From Actinomycetes bacterium (GTDB lineage Bacteria; Actinomycetota; Acidimicrobiia; Acidimicrobiales; Ilumatobacteraceae): a stretch of DNA of 64,000 nucleotides. Location of the stretch: positions 6,380-70,379 of the forward strand of contig JANXUX010000114.1 of the NCBI GenBank assembly GCA_025351965.1, written 5' to 3'. Positions within the stretch are counted from its first letter, which is position 1; the number at the start of each line of letters is the position of its first letter. A model generated the notes under the pieces. It worked only from the letters and a program-made list of their open reading frames with translations, was not told where the DNA came from and did no database searches. Below, in pieces: positions 59,457 to 64,000 of the stretch. The position numbers were made by a program, and so were the translations under genes.

Positions 59457-60374
59457 ATGCAAGAAGGCAGCCGGAAGGCGATCATCGCGGCGTTCTTCGC
59501 CAACCTCGGAATCGCGATCGCCAAGTTCACCGGCTTCATCCTCACCGGGTCTGCCGGCCTGCTCGCCGAGGCCGGGCACTCGCTGGCCGACACCGGCAAC
59601 CAAGCCCTGCTCATGCTCGGCGGCAGACGCGCGGCGCGCAAGCCGACCGAGCGCCATCAGTTCGGCTTCGGCAACGAACGCTACTTCTGGGCGTTCGTCG
59701 TCGCGCTCGTGCTGTTCAGCATGGGTGGCCTGTTCGCGCTGTACGAGGGCATCCAGAAACTGCTCCACCCGCACGAGGCCGACAGCATCGGGATCGCGAT
59801 CGGCATCCTGCTCGCCGCGGTCGCGCTGGAGACGTACTCCCTCCGTACAGCGGTCAAAGAGGTCAACCACATCAAGCCGCCGGAGATGTCGTACTGGACG
59901 TTCGTACGCACGGCCAAGCAGCCAGAACTCCCCATCGTGCTGCTCGAGGACGTCGGCGCAGAGATCGGTCTGCTGTTCGCGCTGTTCGGCGTCGTGATGA
60001 CCCACTTCACCGGCAACCCGCGCTGGGACGCCGTTGGTTCCGTTGCGATCGGCGTGCTGCTCGTGATCATCGCAGCGATTCTCGCGGTGCGGATGAAGGC
60101 GCTCCTGATCGGCGAGTCGGCCGACGACGCCGACCAGCAAGCGATCGAGGCCGCGCTGACGTCGACGCCACAGGTCGAGCGGGTCATCCACATCCGCACG
60201 ATCTACTTCGGACCCGACGAGTTGATGGTGGCCGCCAAGCTCGGCTTCGCGGCGGACATGACGGTGGAACAGTTGGCCGCGGCGGTCGACGGCGCCGAGG
60301 CAGCGGTGCGCGCGAGCGTGCCGACGGTGGGGCTGATCTACATCGAGCCCGACCTCTATCGCGAGACGGTGTGA
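59457..60374 (+). CDS. cation diffusion facilitator family transporter
   Basis: HSLADTGNQ in TM2, six TM segments, and a C-terminal cytoplasmic domain. Confidence 0.85.
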   Translation: MQEGSRKAIIAAFFANLGIAIAKFTGFILTGSAGLLAEAGHSLADTGNQALLMLGGRRAARKPTERHQFGFGNERYFWAFVVALVLFSMGGLFALYEGIQKLLHPHEADSIGIAIGILLAAVALETYSLRTAVKEVNHIKPPEMSYWTFVRTAKQPELPIVLLEDVGAEIGLLFALFGVVMTHFTGNPRWDAVGSVAIGVLLVIIAAILAVRMKALLIGESADDADQQAIEAALTSTPQVERVIHIRTIYFGPDELMVAAKLGFAADMTVEQLAAAVDGAEAAVRASVPTVGLIYIEPDLYRETV

Positions 60375-61327
60375 GCACGCGGGTCGCCGCCACCGGTCCA
60401 CGCCTCGCCGACAAACGGCTCGCCGGCGCGCTCGCCGTCGCGATCACGATCACGGTCTTCTCGTTCGCCTCCACGCTCGTCAAACGTGCGAACACGCCGG
60501 CCGAGCTGGTCGCCTTCTGGCGGATGATCATCACCGCCGGGGTCTGGAACCTCATCGTCCTCGCCCAGGGCCACCGGCCGTCGTGGCGCAACATCCGTAT
60601 GGCCGCGCTGCCCGGCGTGTTCTTCGGTCTCGACATTGCGTTCTTCTACCTCGGAGCGACCCACAACACCGTCGCCAACGCCGAGATGATCGGTGCGATG
60701 ACGCCATTCCTGGTGGTGCCGATCGGCGCCAAGTACTTCGGCGAGCGGCTGCACCCGCGCGCGCTGTTCTTCGCCCTGTTCGCGTTCGGCGGTGTGGCGA
60801 TCGTGCTCTTCAGCGCCCCGGCGAACGGCGAGGCGTCGCTGCGCGGCAGCGTGTTCGGCGTGATCGCGCTGTGCTGCTGGGCCGGATACATCTCGTGCAC
60901 TCGGCGGGTGCGCGGCCAGATGGACGTCGTTGCGTATATGGCCGCGATGACGCCGGTGGCCACGCTTGCGGTGCTGCCCCTCGCCCTCGCCCGCGGCCAC
61001 ATGGTGTCGATCACGGGCCACGGCTGGATGTACATCGTGCTGCTGACGATGATGACCGGCGTGCTCGCCCACGGGCTGATGGTGTTCGCCCAGGCCACCA
61101 TCCCCATCGGCACGATCGGCATCGCCCAGATCGCCCAACCGGCGCTGGCCGCGCTGTGGTCGTATCTCATCCTCGGCGAGGTGCTGCACGGCTGGCAGGT
61201 CGTCGGGATGCTCCTCGTGCTGGTCGGCTTGCTCGGATTCGTGCTGCTCAACCAGCGCAACGTGGCCCGCCACCAGGCAGCCGAGGAACCCGTCATCACA
61301 ACTGAAGGGTCCGGCGCTACCGTATGA
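60371..61327 (+). CDS. EamA/DMT family transporter
   Basis: Ten hydrophobic segments in two EamA-like halves. GTG overlaps the upstream stop (GTGA). Confidence 0.8.
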   Translation: MSTRVAATGPRLADKRLAGALAVAITITVFSFASTLVKRANTPAELVAFWRMIITAGVWNLIVLAQGHRPSWRNIRMAALPGVFFGLDIAFFYLGATHNTVANAEMIGAMTPFLVVPIGAKYFGERLHPRALFFALFAFGGVAIVLFSAPANGEASLRGSVFGVIALCCWAGYISCTRRVRGQMDVVAYMAAMTPVATLAVLPLALARGHMVSITGHGWMYIVLLTMMTGVLAHGLMVFAQATIPIGTIGIAQIAQPALAALWSYLILGEVLHGWQVVGMLLVLVGLLGFVLLNQRNVARHQAAEEPVITTEGSGATV

Positions 61328-61333
61328 GCACAA

Positions 61334-61428
61334 CACACGGGGAGCTCGCAGGTACGGCGGGCTGAGAGGGTGCTCGCCGGCACCGACCCTTGACCTGATC
61401 TGGGTAATGCCAGCGGAGGGAAGCGCAT
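61334..61428 (+). promoter_or_regulatory. TPP (THI-box) riboswitch
   Basis: GGGGAGC...GGCTGAGAGGG...ACCCTTGACCTGATCTGGGTAATGCCAGCGGAGGGAAG closely matches the core I recall from E. coli thiM (CUGAGA ... ACCUGAUCUGGAUAAUGCCAGCGUAGGGAAG). It sits directly before a thiamine gene, and the likely SD (GGAGGGAAG) is part of the aptamer 3-prime side. Confidence 0.85.
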
Positions 61429-61429
61429 C

Positions 61430-62176
61430 GTGCCGCACGAGTTCGAACCACCTGATCTGCCCGCGTTGACGTGGGGTGATCCACTCGACCGCTGGGCGGT
61501 CGTCATCACGGGCGGCTCACCGCTGCGACCCGACGTCGTCGCCCGACTGCCGACGCACCGATTCGTGATCGCCGCCGACTCGGGCCTCGACCACGCAATC
61601 GCCGCCGGTATCACACCCGACCTGGTCGTCGGCGACCTCGACTCGGTCAGCGCTGCCGGTGTCGCCTGGGCCCGCCAGCGCAACATCCCGATCGAGGTCC
61701 ATCCGACCGACAAGGACCACACCGACACCCAACTCGCCCTCGGGGCCGCGCTCGACCCGTCGGTGACCCGTGGACGGATCGACAACGTCGTGCTCGTCGG
61801 GGGCGGGGGTGATCGCCTCGATCACTCGATCAGCGCGCTCACCGCCCTCGGTCATCCATCCCTCGGAGCATGCAAGCACGTGCGTTCGCTGTGGGGCACC
61901 TCACTGGTGCAGGTTCTGCACGCGCCGGGCTTCTGGGAGTTCGCGCTCGCACTCGACACCACGTTCTCGCTGCTCGCCCTGCATGGCGAGTGCGGCCGGG
62001 TCTCGCTCGCCGGAGCCACCTGGCCCCTCGTCGATGCCGACATCGAGCCCGGTTCCAGCCTCGGCGTCAGCAACGTCGCCATCGAGACCCTCCGGCTCTC
62101 CGTCGGCTCCGGGGTGCTCACCCTCATCGTCGCCCACTACCTCCCCACCACCACGTTCTCCGGAGACCCCTCATGA
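61430..62176 (+). CDS. thiamine diphosphokinase
   Basis: GDLDS and KDHTDTQLAL motifs. GTG start. Confidence 0.8.
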   Translation: MPHEFEPPDLPALTWGDPLDRWAVVITGGSPLRPDVVARLPTHRFVIAADSGLDHAIAAGITPDLVVGDLDSVSAAGVAWARQRNIPIEVHPTDKDHTDTQLALGAALDPSVTRGRIDNVVLVGGGGDRLDHSISALTALGHPSLGACKHVRSLWGTSLVQVLHAPGFWEFALALDTTFSLLALHGECGRVSLAGATWPLVDADIEPGSSLGVSNVAIETLRLSVGSGVLTLIVAHYLPTTTFSGDPS

Positions 62177-63324
62177 AGCGCTTCCTCGTCACCGCAACCC
62201 TCGCGGCATCCCTGCTCGGTGCCGCCTGCGCCGGCGCCACGACCAGTACATCCCCCGCCTCGACCACGCCCGCAGCTGCGTCGACTCCGGGCTCGACATC
62301 CCCCGGCTCATCGACGCCCGCGTCCTCGACGCCGGGCTCGGCCGTCGCAGACTCCGGCACGACGTTGACCATCGTGGCCTACGACTCGTTCGCGGTCGAC
62401 CCGGCCTCGTTCGACTCGTTCACCGCAGCCACGGGTGTGCGGGTGAAGATCGTCACTGCGGGTGACGCCGGAGCGATGCTGTCCAAGGCCGCGTTGACCG
62501 CCGGCAACCCCGAGGGCGACGTGATGTGGGGCATCGACAACACCCTGCTCGCGCGGGCGCTCGACGCGGGTGTGTTCGAGCCGTACACCTCACCCGAACT
62601 GGGTGCGCTCGCCGCCGACGCCACCGCCCTGGTGCCCGGCCACGAGGCGACGCCGGTCGACGAGGGCGACGTCTGCGTCAACTACGACATCGCCTGGCTG
62701 CGCGATCACGACCTGGCCGTCCCGACGTCGCTGCAGGACTTCACCGACCCGGCGTACAAGGACCTGCTCGTCGTCGAGAACCCGGCGACCTCATCGACCG
62801 GCCTCGCCTTCCTGCTCGCCACCGTGGCGACGTTCGGCAAAGACGGATGGCAGCAGTACTGGACCGACCTGCGCGCGAACGGCGTCGAAGTCGTCGACGG
62901 CTGGGACGCCGCGTATTACGAACAGTTCTCCGGATCGAGCGGCAAAGGACCCCGGCCGTTCGTCGTCAGCTACGGATCCAGCCCGCCGGCCGAGGTCATC
63001 TACGGCGATCCCCGCCCGAAGACCGCCCCCACGGCGGTCATGGGCGAGAGCTGTTTCCACCAGGTCGAGTTCGCCGGCATCCTGCGCGGCACCGGGCATG
63101 CGGCCGAAGCAGGCCAGTTGATCGACTTCCTCGTCTCCAAGGAGTTCCAGGAGCTGCTGCCGCTGACGCTGTTCGTCTACCCGGCCCGCACCGACGCCGC
63201 CGTACCGCAGGAGTTCACCGACTACGCAGTGCGGCCGGACGACCCGCTGACCGTCTCGCCCGCCGACATCGAGGCCAACTCCGCCGACTGGATCAGCACG
63301 TGGACCGACATCGTCGTGCGCTGA
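62173..63324 (+). CDS. thiamine ABC transporter substrate-binding lipoprotein (ThiB/TbpA-like)
   Basis: Lipobox LLGAAC. Periplasmic-binding-protein sequence VMWGIDNTLL ... VENPATSSTGLAFL. ATGA overlap with the upstream gene. Confidence 0.8.
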   Translation: MKRFLVTATLAASLLGAACAGATTSTSPASTTPAAASTPGSTSPGSSTPASSTPGSAVADSGTTLTIVAYDSFAVDPASFDSFTAATGVRVKIVTAGDAGAMLSKAALTAGNPEGDVMWGIDNTLLARALDAGVFEPYTSPELGALAADATALVPGHEATPVDEGDVCVNYDIAWLRDHDLAVPTSLQDFTDPAYKDLLVVENPATSSTGLAFLLATVATFGKDGWQQYWTDLRANGVEVVDGWDAAYYEQFSGSSGKGPRPFVVSYGSSPPAEVIYGDPRPKTAPTAVMGESCFHQVEFAGILRGTGHAAEAGQLIDFLVSKEFQELLPLTLFVYPARTDAAVPQEFTDYAVRPDDPLTVSPADIEANSADWISTWTDIVVR

Positions 63325-63332
63325 TCGACGAG

Positions 63333-64000
63333 ATGAGCCGACCATCGCGGTCCGGCAACCGGCTCCCACGATGGCTGATCGCAGCGCTCGCGGCGCCGGC
63401 CATCGTGTTCGTCGCGCTGTTCTACGCCTGGCCGTTGGTCGCGCTCGTCCATCGTGCCGTCACAGCCGAGGCGTTCCGGACGCTGGTCCACGACCGGTCG
63501 CTGCGCAGCATCCTCTGGTTCACTGCGTGGCAGGCCGTGCTCAGTACCGCGCTCACCGTCGCCGTTGGGCTGGTGCCGGCGTGGGTGCTGTCCCGGTTCG
63601 ATTTCACGGGTCGCCGCTGGTTGCAGGTCCTCGTCACGGTGCCGTTCGTTTTGCCGACGGTGGTCGTCGGCGCAGCGTTCCTGGCGGTGCTCCCCGACTC
63701 GCTCGACCAGAGTGTCGCAGCGATCGTGCTCGCTCACGTGTTCTTCAACATCGCCGTCGTGGTCCGCGGCGTCGGCGGTCTCTGGGAGCAGCTGCCGCCG
63801 GACCTCGGCGCGGCGGCGCGCACCCTCGGCGCAGGGCCGTGGCAGGTGATGCGGCACGTGACGCTTCCACTGCTCGCGCCGGCGATCCAGGCCTCGGCCA
63901 GCATCGTCTTGCTGTTCACGTTCACGTCGTTCGGCGTCGTGCGCATCCTCGGCGGCCCCGCGCACGCCACGATCGAGGTCGAGATCTGGCAGCGCGCGAC
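63333..64000 (+). CDS. ABC transporter permease (ThiP-like), 5-prime part; continues beyond window
   Basis: My manual translation is open to the window end. TM segments and the EAA-type loop AAARTLGAGPWQVMRHVTLPLL are present. The ORF track does not list it because no stop lies in the window. Confidence 0.8.
   Translation, partial: MSRPSRSGNRLPRWLIAALAAPAIVFVALFYAWPLVALVHRAVTAEAFRTLVHDRSLRSILWFTAWQAVLSTALTVAVGLVPAWVLSRFDFTGRRWLQVLVTVPFVLPTVVVGAAFLAVLPDSLDQSVAAIVLAHVFFNIAVVVRGVGGLWEQLPPDLGAAARTLGAGPWQVMRHVTLPLLAPAIQASASIVLLFTFTSFGVVRILGGPAHATIEVEIWQRA

Overview
This is a 64-kb chromosomal segment from a high-GC actinobacterial-type genome. Genes are very tightly packed, with many 1-4 nt start/stop overlaps and several convergent genes that abut or overlap. 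I could support about 65 protein genes, one tRNA-Ala(CGC) and one TPP riboswitch. I saw no rRNA, CRISPR array, integrase, transposase or prophage. In order, the window holds: (1) a cox/xdh-type molybdoenzyme maturation set (MoxR/CoxD-like ATPase, VWA CoxE-like, two XdhC-type genes, MocA-like, membrane-tailed CoxG-like) interrupted by an NlpC/P60 hydrolase; (2) DUF501, a half-size Ppx/GppA-like protein, GNAT, enoyl-CoA hydratases, NUDIX and an LPXTG surface protein; (3) a nucleoside uptake and salvage string (BMP lipoprotein plus ABC transporter, queF, PhyH-type dioxygenase, add, upp, phospho-sugar mutase, adenosine kinase) containing a DUF559-type gene flanked by inverted repeats; (4) pepN, an M23 peptidase, a YdeP-type molybdopterin oxidoreductase and a GAF-GGDEF-EAL protein; (5) moaC, an unknown secreted protein, moaA and moeA, then galU, a Cys-less FmdB-like protein, SAF and PHP proteins; (6) two tandem lipoproteins, a 2OG oxygenase coupled to pmbA-tldD, and a hotdog thioesterase; (7) an envelope module of lipoprotein, PAP2 (IPC-synthase-like), GT-C glycosyltransferase and a second PAP2 next to dxs; (8) assorted metabolic genes ending in a TPP-riboswitch-controlled thiamine salvage operon. 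I found no clear-cut new multi-gene system. The best leads are the repeat-bracketed DUF559 gene, the PAP2/GT-C/PAP2 module, the unknown secreted protein coupled inside the moa operon, and the orphan queF plus PhyH dioxygenase in the nucleoside cluster. All family calls rest on motif recognition by eye; no database search was run.
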